Source: Octopus sinensis (taxonomy: Eukaryota). Taken from it: a stretch of DNA of 38,886 bases. How positions within the stretch are numbered: the first letter of the stretch is position 1; each line of letters starts with the position of its first letter. A model generated the notes under the pieces. It was not told the origin of the DNA. It saw only the letters and a list, made by a program, of their open reading frames with translations, and made no database searches. Position numbers and translations under genes: made by a program. Positions 12,021 to 24,700 of this stretch are shown in pieces. The stretch covers positions 1 through 38,886 of the forward strand of contig NW_021829653.1 of NCBI RefSeq assembly GCF_006345805.1, in the 5' to 3' direction.

Positions 12021-12123
12021 ACGGGAAGCTTTATGAAAATAAACAAAAGACGAAGGCAGGTGGAAAACAAACGAACAATTGTATTAGTATGGCGCTCAGG
12101 AAATATAAATAAAACAAGTCTTT
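12020..12123. mobile_element. Probable Penelope-like-element fragment truncated before the ribozyme motif
   Basis: Shares CGCTCAGGAAA with 36259-36269. The family assignment rests on recall of this repeat and is not verified. Confidence 0.4.
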
Positions 12124-12139
12124 AACATATATATATATA

Positions 12140-12172
<33 letters not shown>

Positions 12173-12234
12173 GTATATACATATATATATATATATAAAT
12201 ATATATATGTATGTATGTATATATATATACAAAT

Positions 12235-12265
<31 letters not shown>

Positions 12266-12644
12266 AATACATATATACATACACAACACATACGCACATA
12301 CACGCACACACACAAACACACACGCCCACATATATATATATCGGTAAAATGAATTTTTAAGTACATAATTATAAAAATATAATTATAATTAAGGACAACG
12401 GAGTGTCAACGCCTGTACGCTAGAAGTAGATGTCAAATACCTACAACCCACTCTAAATACATATATATATATGTATGCGTGTATATGTGCGTATGTATGT
12501 ATGCAAATATGTACACATACATAGACACAGGAACACATACATAAATGCACACGCACACACGTATACAAACATACATATATATGTACATCCATCCATACTT
12601 ACATAGATGTATACACATACACGTATACACACACACATATATAA

Positions 12645-12806
12645 GACGGGATTCTTCCAGTTTCCGTCTATCAAATCCACTCACAAGGCTTTGGTCGGCC
12701 CGAGGCTATAGTAGAAGACACTTGCCCAAGGTGCCACGCAGTGGGACTGAACCCGGTACAATGTGGTTGGGAAGCAAGCTTCCTACCATACAGCCACTCC
12801 TGCTCC
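12645..12806 (-). mobile_element. SINE family A, 5' half
   Basis: Reverse complement of the head through GAA(G)AATCCCGTC. Confidence 0.88.
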
Positions 12807-12841
12807 TATATATGCATAATACATACATAATACATACACAT

Positions 12842-13243
12842 GCGCAGGAGTGGCTGTGTGGTAAGTAGCTTGCTTACCAACAACATGGTTCCGGGTTCAG
12901 TCCCACTGCGTGGCACCTTGGGCAAGTGTCTTCTACTATAGCCTTGTGAATGGATTTTGTAGGCGGAAACTGAAAGAAGCCCGTCGTATATATGTATATG
13001 TATATATATGTGTTTGTGTGTCTGTGTTTGTGCCCCTTCCCAACATCGCTTGACAACCGATGCTGGTGTGTTTACGTCCCCCGTAACTTAGCGGTTCGGC
13101 AAAAGAGACCGATAGAATAAGTACTAGGCTTAGTACAAATAATAAGTCCTGGAGGTCGATTTGCTCGACAAAAGGTGGTGTGCTCCAGCATAGCCGCAGT
13201 AAAAATGACTGAAACAAGTAAAAGAGTAAACGAGTAAAAGAGT
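12842..13243 (+). mobile_element. SINE family A, near full length
   Basis: GCGCAGGAGTGGCTGTGTGG head through the GTAAAAGAG tail, with an internal deletion at ~12945. Confidence 0.92.
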
Positions 13244-13522
13244 ATACGTACATACACACATACATACATACATACATACATACATACATAACATACATAC
13301 ACACATATCATATATTATATATATATATATATACGCAAACATATTTTTGTATTGTTTGTTGCTCACTAATATTTGTGTTCTTGCCAATTTATAAGTACAT
13401 GTACTCTACAGTGTAACGCTATTTCTGTCTGTACTTAGTCACTTCATTTGCAATCTTGTCTCCTGCCACGTGTCATATGCACTTGTACTTATATACACAC
13501 AGAATTCACCTATGTACATGCT

Positions 13523-13544
13523 ATCTGGCTATCTGTCTGTGTGT

Positions 13545-13628
<84 letters not shown>

Positions 13629-13699
13629 TCTATCTATCTATCTATCTATCTTCTATCATATCTATCTATCTATCTATCTATCTGTCTATCTATCCATCT

Positions 13700-13742
<43 letters not shown>

Positions 13743-13788
13743 GATCTATCTATCTATCTATCTATATCTGTCTATCGATCCATCTATC

Positions 13789-13855
<67 letters not shown>

Positions 13856-13875
13856 GTCTATCTATCCATCTATCT
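13523..13875. repeat. Compound tetranucleotide tract (CTGC)n-(CTGT)n-(CTAT)n
   Basis: Direct reading. Confidence 0.95.
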
Positions 13876-14133
13876 TTCTCTATTGGCAAGAAATACTTAA
13901 ACACACTGAATAATGACACACACGCACACACACACGCGCACACACACACAGACAAGCACACACACACACACCACACATATATATATATATACACACATAT
14001 ACATGTGGAAGCGTCGTTGGGTGTTTAACATGTTTAACTTTAGAGCCGAAACCTATGTTAATTGTTGCGGTTCGAGAGCATCCAATCATACACACACACA
14101 CACACACACACACAAAATATATATATACACACA

Positions 14134-14188
<55 letters not shown>

Positions 14189-14396
14189 CAAAAGGGTGCT
14201 GAAAAGTTCTTTATTTTAAGGGTCTTGTGAAAGGCCTGGTTGGGGGCCCAACCTTGTGAGTTCTTTTACAGGGCTTAGAAAAACTGAAAAAGGTGTGTGA
14301 ATCTGAGAGGGGAATATGTTGAATAAAATCATAATTAACCGATCCTCCCGTATTTTCTTTTATATAAAGCCAGGAACTTTTCAGCACACCCTCGTG
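14189..14396 (+). mobile_element. Mariner-derived MITE (internal deletion derivative)
   Basis: Imperfect TIRs CAAAAGGGTGCTGAAAAGTTC and GAACTTTTCAGCACACCCTCGTG, flanked by TA. It retains a mariner-like C-terminus CVNLRGEYVE* at 14294-14326. Confidence 0.85.
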
Positions 14397-14490
14397 TACA
14401 CACACACACACATACAGACAGACAGACAGACAAACACACACACACACAGACAGACAGACAAACACAGACACACACACACAGACACACACA

Positions 14491-14536
<46 letters not shown>

Positions 14537-14550
14537 ATGTTACATATATA

Positions 14551-14757
14551 GGATTTAAATTTTGGTACAAGGCTTGCAATTTCGGAGCAGGGGTTGAGTC
14601 GATTACAGCGACACCTGTAATTTATTTCATGGTGCTTAATTTATCGATCGCGGAAGGGATGAAAGGCAAAGTCGACCTCGGTGAAATTTGAACTCACAAC
14701 CTAATGACGGACAAAATGCCGCTAAGCATTTTAGCAAGTCTGCCAGCTCGCCACCTT
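14551..14757 (-). mobile_element. SINE family B monomer, diverged, with the short tail type seen in the terminal satellite unit
   Basis: GATGAAAGGCAAAGTCGACCTCGG core and CTGCCAGCTCGCCACC head. Confidence 0.85.
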
Positions 14758-14761
14758 ATTA

Positions 14762-15108
14762 TCTCTATATATAAACGGAAAAATGTCTGTGTGTGTGTCC
14801 TTTATAGAAATCCACAATGTTTTAGTTAGAGGGCTCGCATTTTCTATGGTCATTCAAATCCATCCAAGGGTGGTCGTGCATATCTTTACATTTCCCCAGT
14901 TACCCCGCAAAGCCATTAAAAAAATCAATAGAAGTGACTTTTTTGTGAATTTTCTATCCAAAACCCAATCAAAATGCCCGAAACTTGAAACGCTAATTGA
15001 ATGCCAGCTAGCTGTATGTGATTGGTCGGAGATTTGGACAGTACTCGCACGCAACTGTATATGCATGCACTAGCACTATGACCCAGCAACGCCGGGTCAT
15101 AGTGCTAG
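14762..15108 (+). mobile_element. Non-autonomous Helitron (~350 bp)
   Basis: A|TCTCTATATATAAA start. Ends in a perfect 17-bp-arm palindrome (15068-15084 / 15094-15110) and CTAG|T. Confidence 0.8.
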
Positions 15109-15471
15109 TGATAAATAATATTAACAGACAAAAAGAGAGAATGATAGAGAGAGGGAGTGAGAGAGAGAGAGAGAGAGGGGGAGGGGGAAAATGAGAGAGA
15201 GGGAGGAAGGAAGTGAAATTGTGCTAATTGTATCAAAAGAGCATCAAAAGTTTGAAGTCTCAAAGACTAAATGAAAATTGAAGTTAACAGTGTGTGCATG
15301 TACTTAAATGGTTGAAGTGTTTTTTCCTTAACGTAAATAATTCGGTTTTATCACACAGTTGAAGATGAAGTCACTTGCAAACACCAGTGCAACTCAGAAC
15401 GAAAAGAAAACCCAACAAAAAAACAGAAAGAGACATGATGTCACTATAATATGTAAGGATGTACGATCGGG

Positions 15472-15889
15472 AAAGGCGGTGAGCTGGCAGAAACGTTAGC
15501 ACGCCGGGCGAAATGCGTAGCCGAATTTCGTCTGCCGTTAAGGTCTGAGTTCAAATTCCGCCGAGGTCGACTTTGCTTTTCGTAATTTCGGGGTCGATAA
15601 ATTAAGCACCAGTTATGCACTGGGGTTGATGTAATCGACTTAATCCGTTTGTCTGTCCTTGCTTGTCCCCTCTGTGTTTAGCCCCTTGTGGGTAGTAAAG
15701 AAATAGGTATTTCTTCTGCCGTTACGTTCCGAGTTCAAATTCCGCCGAGGTCGACTTTGCTTTTCATCCTTTCGGGGTCTATTAAATGAGTACCAGTTAC
15801 GCACTGGGGTCGATGTAATCGACTTAATCCGTTTCTCTGTCCTTGCTTGTCCCCTCTGTGTTTAGCCCCTTGTGGGTAGTAAAGAAACA
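15472..15889 (+). mobile_element. SINE family B dimer (head + 2 units)
   Basis: Junction AAATAG|GTATTTC at ~15706. Degenerate 14-bp TSD GATGTACGATCGGG (15458) / GATGCACGGTCAGG (15890). Confidence 0.92.
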
Positions 15890-16521
15890 GATGCACGGTC
15901 AGGTTGAGAAAATCGAGAATGAGATAAGGAGAAAGAGAGATAGACATAGAGATAAGCAGGTAGTGAGATAGAGAGAGAAAGTGTGTTCAAGTCAGAGGAG
16001 ATAGACGGAGAGAGAAAGAAGTGGATGAAAGAGAATAGGCAGAGGGAGAGAGAGAGGGAGAGAGCGAAAGGATGAGAGAATGTCGAAAGATGTCAGACAA
16101 GAGTGTTTGTATGTGTATCGCAATAATTGTTGAGAGACAAGTAATCGTTCAGAGCAAAATGATAGGCCTTAATAAATTAGCAGAAGAAAATTTCAACTCT
16201 TAGTTTTTTAATGTAATGAATTGTCTTGCAGAAAGTATGAGAAATTAATAAGACCAGACAGAAAGACAAGTAAATTAATGATTATTTAGAATACAGCAGC
16301 GAAAAGAAGATATAATGATAACCCAAACAGACAACAGATGAGGACGACGACAATTGACAATTAAAACAAAACAAGACGAAAATGTGTTATAAAATTACCA
16401 ATTAGGTTTTATAAATGTGAAGCAGAAAGACGAAGCAACTGCGGTGGCCGTAGTAGCAGCGTCAGCAGCAATAGCAGAAGCAGCAGCAGTACCTTCTACG
16501 GATTAATAATGGAAATGGTTG

Positions 16522-16906
16522 TGGAGGCGCAATGGCCCAGTGGTTAGGGCAGCGGACTCGCGGTCATAGGATCGCGGTTTCGATTCCCAGACCGGGCGTT
16601 GTGAGTGTTTATTGAGCGAAAACACCTAAAAGCTTCACGAGGCACCGGCAGGGGATGGTGGTGATCCCTGCTGTACTCTTTCACCACAACTTTCTCTCAC
16701 TCTTACTTCCTGTTTCTGTTGTACCTGTATTCAAAGGGCCGGCCTGTTACTCTCTGTTCACGCTGAATATCCCCGAGAACTACGTTAAGGGTGCACGTGT
16801 CTGTGGAGTGCTCAGCCATTTACACGTTAATTTCACGAGCAGGCTGTTCCGTTGATTCGGATCAACCGGAACCCTCGTCATCGTAACCGACGGAGTGCTT
16901 CCATCC
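16522..16906 (+). mobile_element. SINE family C head + tail T1 (possibly the published octopus OR-type SINE)
   Basis: tRNA-like head GGAGGCGCAATGGCCCAGTGGTTAGG...GGTTTCGATTCCC. 14-bp TSD AATGGAAATGGTTG at 16508-16521 and 16907-16920. Confidence 0.93.
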
Positions 16907-17265
16907 AATGGAAATGGTTGAAAAACATGAGAAATATTTGAGAATATTCAGCCATTATTAAATGTGGCTGACAGATATAGCAAACATGGCGATGGTACTT
17001 ATAAGTTGTAGAGAGTTCATATCGCTTGAATCAATCAAGCAGTCATCATATTACTGGTATTCATTTTATTGACTTCGATAAGATGGAAGGTTAAGATAAC
17101 CTCGGCAGAATTTGAGCACAGAAACACCTGATATATATATATATAATGTATAATATGAAAAACATCTCCACCAAGCTTTTACGATTCAAAACAGTGTCTT
17201 TGATTGGTGTAGACTTAAGAGTAAGACACACCTAGAGAGTCAGAGAACACATTCACTGCTTTGTA

Positions 17266-17649
17266 CGTTGCTGCAGTTGTTGTTGCTGCTGAGTGAAGCG
17301 GTCTTCGTCCCAGAGCTCGCAAGATGGGGGAAGTCCGAATCGTGGTCCTTTGCTATTCGTAAGACCCGCAGAAGAGAAAGCAGGTCAACTCCCGACACTG
17401 ACGGATGGATGAATGCGCATCCAGGCTCAGCGGTTGCGTAGGAAGTCGGGGACAAGAAACAGGAAGAAAGAGTGAGAGAAAGTTGGGGCGAAAGAGTACA
17501 ACAGGGGTTGCGACCACCCCCTGCCGGAGCCTCGTGGAGCTTTAGGTGTTTTCGCTCAATAAAAACACACAACGCTCGGTCTGGGAATCGAAACTGCGAT
17601 CCTCCGACCGCGCGTCCGCTGCCCTAACCACTGGGCCATCGCGTCTCCA
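17266..17649 (-). mobile_element. SINE family C head + tail T2
   Basis: Same ~190-bp 5' part as 16522 but a different 3' part ending in CAG/CAA repeats. Confidence 0.92.
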
Positions 17650-18713
17650 CTGTGCTGCTGCTGCTACTAATGTTTTACTTCACTCTACTAATAGTTAATT
17701 CAAATCTGTATGCTATCAAAATAATTCATGACTATTTATATACCAATATTTTCTTTCGTAGCTCCCAGTCACAGATATTCGTGAGTTGAGTTGAAAATTT
17801 GGTGTAGCATTCGAAATTGTATCAGAATGTAGGGGGGAAGAAAGTAACAGCTGAATACGTTTGGATTAGATTAGTAATTCTTATACTTCGTTCAAACAAA
17901 TACCAGCATGCATTATGGGTAAAAATTGAAAACTAAAAATAAAATAAAATATACTTGAAATTGAACAAGGCAAAGTATTACATAAATACTTTAATATAAT
18001 GCATAATTTTCAGATATCTGTTTTTTTTTTAAAATTATTTCTTTTCGATGAAATTTATCAAAAAAAAAAAAATAAATAAAAGACAAAAATATCTGTATGA
18101 AAATATAATAATCTTTTAATCAATCAACACTTTTTTAAAAAAGATCTTTGGACTAATGAAAGAAGATAACAGCTAAAACACTTTGAACGAAAGTAACATC
18201 CAAATCGATTATCGCAAAGCATTCTTGAAAGAAACCCAACAAACTACAGTTTCATTTTTAAACCCAAGAATAACAAGAACAAGACAACAACAACAATAAC
18301 AGAAACATTAGAATATTATTTTAACTCGGCGAGTAGATTCTAGTTATGGTGTATATATATATATATATATATATATATGATATTTTATCAGACATTCAGC
18401 GTGTGACGTTTAAGTCACATCCAGATATGAAGTAGAAAATAATAATAAAAAAACCCCAAAAGAAAAAAAAAAAAAGGAAAAATTGCAATAAATTTGAATA
18501 CTCTGATCCTATATATTCGTTTAAATGGGTCTTGAAATATTGTATAGAATTCGAGACCTGTTTCAAGAGGTTGTGTCTTCAATACCGTAATTGTCAAAAT
18601 CTTATACCCATTTTCGAAACACACCCTTTTTTATTTGCTTCTTTTAATATGTTTAATATAATATATATATATATATATATATACATACATACATACATAT
18701 ATATATATACATA

Positions 18714-18787
<74 letters not shown>

Positions 18788-19789
18788 TCATTTTTAATCT
18801 TATATAGTTTGTAGTTTATACCATATGAACAATGTACGCGATATCTTCAGAAAAAAAAAATGTAGTATTCCATAACTCTTATTTCGCTGCAATATAATCA
18901 TTAATATACTATTAGTCCAAACAATAAAGATTTTTCACTCGAGTCAGAAATCTTTTCAAAACGATTTTCGAATAGTTTTATATTTCGAAATTACTATGCA
19001 CTTCACATAGATGACGTCGGAAACACATGATGAAGGTTGTTTATTGGGGTGGGGGTGGGGGGTGCTTCCATTTTGGTAAAAATTTCTCTTTGAAATCTCC
19101 ATGCTGCACAAGTCAATACAAGTCGAGAAGTTATTTACTAATATAAAAAACAAAAACAAAAAACAAATAAAAATAAAAACAACAACTTTTCTTCAATACT
19201 GAATACTTTGTATTGAATGAAACTCAAACCTTTTATTTCATTTTTATATATTTTTTTGAAAAAATCTGTAAATCTGTAATAGAAAATGAAGGCGTTTATA
19301 TTCAGAAGTCTTTATCTCACGTCTTTCTCGAGAAAGAACATTTTTATGTGCGTTCACTTTTTACACGAGAACAATGCCTGAATCAATTCACACACCCACC
19401 TAATTGTTCGTTGATAAATTCACTGAAAAATATATATTTTCAATTATTAAATACAAGCAAAAGTTTGAATTCTATTTACGCTATTTTCCTCTTTCTAATC
19501 CTAGTTTGTGGAGATACAAAAAAAATCATAGTAAGAAAACTTAGAATTTAAAAACTGTGTAAAAATATTCTTCAAAAGTATTTATGAAGGAAATTCTCGT
19601 GACAGTTTGATGCAGAGAAAAGCTTTGAATTCTCGTTCCTGACAATAGGTTGTTTTAGCGTTTCATAAATAATTTTTTAAAAAATGTAGGAGACGGCTCC
19701 TAAGCCCCTTTCGGAAACTCTTAGACTGGAGCGTAGGGTCAGCAAAATGAATCTCAAGGCTGTCAATATTGTGTCAGTATTAACTTCTG

Positions 19790-20101
19790 AAGGCGCAATG
19801 GCCCAGTGGTTAGGGCAGCGGACTCGCGGTCGGAGAGTTGCGGTTTCGATTCCCAGATCGGGCGTTGTGTGTGTTTATTCAGCGAAAACACATAAAGCTC
19901 CACGAGGCTCCGGCAGGGGGTGGTGGAGACCCCTGTTGTACTCTTTCGTCCCAACTTTCTCTCACTCTTTCTTCCTGTTTCTTGAGTAACGCTGTGATGG
20001 ACTGGCGTCGCGTCCAGCTGGGGGGGGAACTCATACGCCATAGAAACCGGGAATCCGGGCCTATGAGTCTGGCTAGGCTTGAAAAGGGTGTATAAAAAAA
20101 T
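19790..20101 (+). mobile_element. Chimeric SINE: C head + tail T3 (the tail of family D)
   Basis: Switches at TTCTTG|AGTAACGCTG (~19984). TTCTGAAGG is duplicated at 19785-19793 and 20102-20110. Confidence 0.88.
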
Positions 20102-20466
20102 TTCTGAAGGATAAAAAACAGAACGGAGTTCTTAAGATGAGTGATCTGGTAAAGTACTTTGTATATGGTGAGTAGGTGGCACACAACAAGGGGGGATAAG
20201 ATGGGCAAAAGTAATCTTGAAATTGTCTTTTATATTACAACAACGACAGCAACAACAAATAATTATTGTCTCGGTAGTAATCAACGGTGGTGGTTGCTGG
20301 GCTCTATATATGGCTACTGGATTTGGGAAAAATATAGCATTAAAAGTTCTAACCCATAACTTAAAGTCTCAAAAATGAAAGAAAACTGGATAATGCAATC
20401 ATATTGTTGGTATTCTCTTTCAAATGTGACCTTGTTTAAAAAAGAAATAGAGGAAGAGCAACAGCA

Positions 20467-20564
20467 CGGGTCTTACGAATGGCAAAGGACCACGTTTCGG
20501 ACTTCTCCCATCTTGCGAGCTCTGGGACGAAGACTGTTCGCTCAACAGCAACAGCAACAGCAAC
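20467..20564 (+). mobile_element. 5'-truncated SINE C/T2 copy
   Basis: Tail-only copy with a 12-bp TSD AGAGCAACAGCA at 20455-20466 and 20565-20576. Confidence 0.88.
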
Positions 20565-20696
20565 AGAGCAACAGCAACAAACGTAGTCTTTAGTAGACCC
20601 ATCTAACTTTTGAGAGGTTAGACTAACTATGTAGTAGTTCGTGCAATTAATTATCAATATTGATAACTAACGTTTAGGCAGGAAGGGGATTCCATT

Positions 20697-20898
20697 TCTT
20701 TTTTACTTGTTTCAGTCATTTGACTGCGGCCATGCTGGAGCACCGCCTTTAGTCGAGCAAATCGACCCCGGGACTTATTCTTTGCAAGCCCAGTACTTAT
20801 TCTATCAGTCTCTTTTGCCGAACCGCTATGTGACGGGGACGTAAACACACCAGCATCGGTTGTCAAGCAATGCTAGGGGGACAAACACAGATACACAA

Positions 20899-20953
<55 letters not shown>

Positions 20954-21116
20954 CACATATACGACAGGCTTCTTTCAGTTTCCGTCTACCAAATCCACCC
21001 ACAAGGCTTTGGTCGGCCCGGGGCTATAGCAGAATACACTTGCCCAAGATGCCACGCAGTGGGACTGAACCCGGAACCATGTAGTTGGTTAGCAAGCTAC
21101 TTACCACACAGCCACT
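20697..21116 (-). mobile_element. SINE family A, full length
   Basis: Aligns along its length with 6993-7408. Confidence 0.92.
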
Positions 21117-21646
21117 ATTTCGGATGGATTCTCTGAGAAAGTGTGCCGTATAGTGTATATCAAACATGTATGTGTGCGTGTCAGTATGTTTATACGTATG
21201 TTGCAAGAGAGATGTGACAGTGTTTGATAACTAAATATTATTTCCAACAGCAAATGTACAAGTTATTCGTACGCTCTTAAAAAAAATATGTGCGATTCAA
21301 TTAATTTAGCAATTCCTTATGCGTTAGTTAGGCAAATTACGGAAGACTGCGAGCTTTTAAGAAAAATTGAAACATGTCCGGAAGAGCTTTGCGTAATTAC
21401 ATATAAGAAATGGAATTAGTAATTAAAGAATATTTTTCTACTTCTACATGGTTGAATATAATTTAGATTTCCAGTATTTTAACAATTAGGTATGCTTTCA
21501 CCTTATGGCAACAATTGTATTTCCGATCTTCAAGTGAGAACTGTTTGAACTCAGTTTTTGGTAGTACGTTTATTATTCGCTGGTGCAGCAAATAATATAC
21601 CAAAGTGCACGAAACGCATAGCTTCAAACTCATGCACACTCAAAAG

Positions 21647-21900
21647 GGATCTTTTCGGTTTGACCAGCAGTTTTTTTCTAGCGGCGTCATATGAAATTGT
21701 CACCCATAATTATGATCCTAGTATCGATCTATTGCATTTCAAGCTGTTTTAAGGTTAGGGTTAGTTAGGGTTAGGGTTAGGGGTTGGGGGTGGGGTGGGG
21801 GGGAAGAGTATCTTTTTCTCTTCAGAAATGTAAATAAACCCAATCTGTTTCTTAAACGAGGGACATGTTCATACGGCACAGAATGTTTTTTTACTTCAAT
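21647..21900. mobile_element. TTAGGG-bearing MITE, left half only
   Basis: Left TIR GGATCTTTTCGGTTTGACCAGCAGTTTTT. The body matches 8194 up to ~21900, then (TA)n follows. Confidence 0.88.
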
Positions 21901-21930
21901 ATATATATATATATATTTGCGTATATATAT

Positions 21931-22032
21931 GGGTGGCGCGTTGTGTTCTAGAGCGAATCACTTCATTTCACGTCACTCCGGTCCCCGTTTCGATCAGGAG
22001 GAGAATGTTAGCCTGCTCGCCTAACCAGCGGG
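21931..22032 (+). mobile_element. Fragment of the SINE-D central (CORE-like) domain with an unrelated 3' piece
   Basis: GCGTTGTGTTCTAGAGCGAATCACTTCATTTCACGTCACTCCGGTCC resembles 28546-28592. Confidence 0.6.
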
Positions 22033-22034
22033 GT

Positions 22035-22188
22035 AGGAGTGGCTGTGTGGTAAGTAGCTTGCTTACGAATCGTATGGTTCCGGGTTCAGTCCCACTGCGT
22101 GGCACCTTAGGCAAGTGTCTTCTACTAGCCTTGGGCCGACCAAAGCTTGTGAGGGGATTTGGTAGACGGAAACTGAAAGAAGCCCGTC

Positions 22189-22246
<58 letters not shown>

Positions 22247-22430
22247 CATATGAGTGTGTGTATGTGTTTCGTGTGTCTGTGTTTAGGTCCCCGTAATTTA
22301 GTGGTTCGGAAAAGAGAGCGATAGAATAAGTACTAGGCTTACAAAGAATAAGTCTTGGGGACGATTTGCTCGACTAAAGGCGGTGCTCCAGCATGGCCAC
22401 AGTCAAATGACTGAAACAAGTAAAAAGAGT
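22035..22430 (+). mobile_element. SINE family A, full length with internal deletion
   Basis: Head AGGAGTGGCTGTGTGG through tail GTAAAAAGAG. Confidence 0.9.
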
Positions 22431-22573
22431 ATATATATATGTATGTATGTATATACACATATAGTATATATATATATTATATGTATATTATATATATTTC
22501 ATATATATTATATATATATGATATATAATATATATAATATATATAACATTATCATCTATCTATCTATCTGTAT

Positions 22574-22791
22574 CTCTTTACTCTTTTACTTGTTTCAGTC
22601 ATCTGACTGCGGCCATGTTGGAGCACCGCCTTTAATTGAGCAAATCGACACCGGGACTTATTTTTTTGCAAGCCCAGCACCCATTCCATCGGTCTCCCCT
22701 GCCGAACCGCCAAGTAACAGGGACACAAACACACAAGCATCGGTTGTCAAGCAATGCTAGGGGGGCAAACACAGACACACAAACACACACA

Positions 22792-22842
<51 letters not shown>

Positions 22843-23015
22843 CATATAATACGACGGGCTTCTTTCAGTTTCCGTCTACCAAATCCACTCACAAGGCTTT
22901 GGTCGGCCCGAGGCTATAGTAGAAGACACTTGCCCAAGGTGCCACGCAGTGGTACTGAACCCAGAATCATGTGGTTGGTAAACAAGCTACTTACCACACA
23001 GCCACTCCTGCGCCT
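22574..23015 (-). mobile_element. SINE family A, full length
   Basis: Reverse-complement copy, tail-to-tail with the copy at 22035. Confidence 0.92.
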
Positions 23016-24162
23016 ATGTATATATATATATATATACACACACGCACACACACACACGCACACGCGCGCGCACACACACACACAACACGCACACGCGCGC
23101 ACACACACACACACACACATATATATATCTTAGATGCATATATAATACATCAATGATTTTTCTTAAAATAGTTACAGGGGAGTAAAAAAAGAAAATTGCA
23201 AAAGCCGATATAGTTTCCTGAACCGGTGGAAGATAAAGCCGTCTGCATATATACTTAATTTTTGACTTTTTTTTCTTGTAACACAGATAAGAACGTAAAA
23301 TTCTGTATCTAACAATAAACACACGAAACCTCCCCCACTTCCATAAAAACAGAATAAAAAAAATAATAAAAAGACAGAGTGAATCAATATTAGTCTATCA
23401 GCCATGCCTACTCTAATATCAGACTAAATAGATACATAAACAGAAGGTCGATAACTTTCGTGTTTACCTTCTGCTGTAATAGATTGTATCCATAGGCTCA
23501 TCGTATGAATTCTGATCACTGTAAAGAGTCTGCTTAAGGATGAATTCAGCAAACCTGAGACACGAAGCGGTTTGGAAAGAAAGAAGAAACGTTGAAGTTG
23601 CAGACGATGGTTGTAGTCGTGGTAAGCAGCAGCGGCAGCGGTGAAAGGGAAAGTGAAAGTGGTTGTATGCGTTAACAGCAGAAACCGTGATCCGGGTAGT
23701 CGTTATTGTTGGTTTTGAAAAAACACTGCTGCCGAAGACTAGTGAGTGTAGTAGTGATAGACAGGATGCTGAAACAGAAACCTACATCTAAGATCATGAT
23801 CTCTGGCCCTCGGGCTAGAATTTGAACTTACAATGATGATATAAAGTTGCAGGGCGTGGGAGAGAAAGAGAAAAAATACCAAACAGCAATCACTAAGCCG
23901 ATAAAGTTAGTTTACACATCGATGTTCATATGATCATCACACACACACGCACACGCACACACATACATACATTTTCACAGACACACACAAACACTTACAC
24001 ACACAAATACTTACACACACACACACACATACATATATAATGACTGTATATAATATATATCATATTGATATTTATTCTCCGATTTGAAGCGACAATTTTT
24101 AAATGACTGAAAAATGATGAGCTAACTCGCAAATCCTGTTTATAAAAATATTATTTATGTAG

Positions 24163-24220
<58 letters not shown>

Positions 24221-24271
24221 GTATACATATATATATATATGTATATATATATGTATATATATATGTATATA

Positions 24272-24461
24272 TCTTTTACTCTTTTAATCTTTTACTTGTT
24301 TCAGTCATTTGACTGCGGCCATGCTGGAGCACCGTCTTTAGTCGAGCAAATCGACCTCGGGACTTATTCTTTGTAAGCCCAGTACTTATTCTATCGGTCT
24401 CTTTTGCCGAACCGCTAAGTGACGGGGACGTAAACACACCAGCATCGGTTGTCAAGCAATG
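24272..24461 (-). mobile_element. SINE family A, 5'-truncated
   Basis: Tail through TTGTCAAGCAATG only. Confidence 0.9.
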
Positions 24462-24700
24462 AAGAACATAAGTATATAATAGAAAAGAAATATAAACCCA
24501 TAAACAGAGTAACTTCTAAGTAGCACTAGAAATAGCATCTATAACTCCCTCAAATAACATTCAATAACCTTAAAAATGGGGTCGCATTTTGTATAAAGTA
24601 GTCCGAGTAAAACGGGATAACCATAGCTCGACTGTCTTTGAGAATGGTTCTGCTTGCCCAAAATTGATTCAGGGTTAAAATCCAACAACAGCAGTAGCAA

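Noticed and set aside
15359-15452. Possible 94-bp exon (TTTTATCACACAG| ... AT|GTAAGG, one open frame)
   Set aside because: The splice signals are plausible, but the peptide is unrecognisable and no partner exon was found; spliced RNA-seq reads would be needed.
16522-16600. tRNA genes at SINE heads (also 28468, 7330-7408, 1623)
   Set aside because: A/B-box-like motifs are present, but acceptor stems do not pair and each head runs into a SINE body with a TSD.
20478-20535. Hammerhead-like GAAACGT on the antisense strand of tail T2
   Set aside because: There is no upstream CUGANGA core or helix II in any of the T2 copies.
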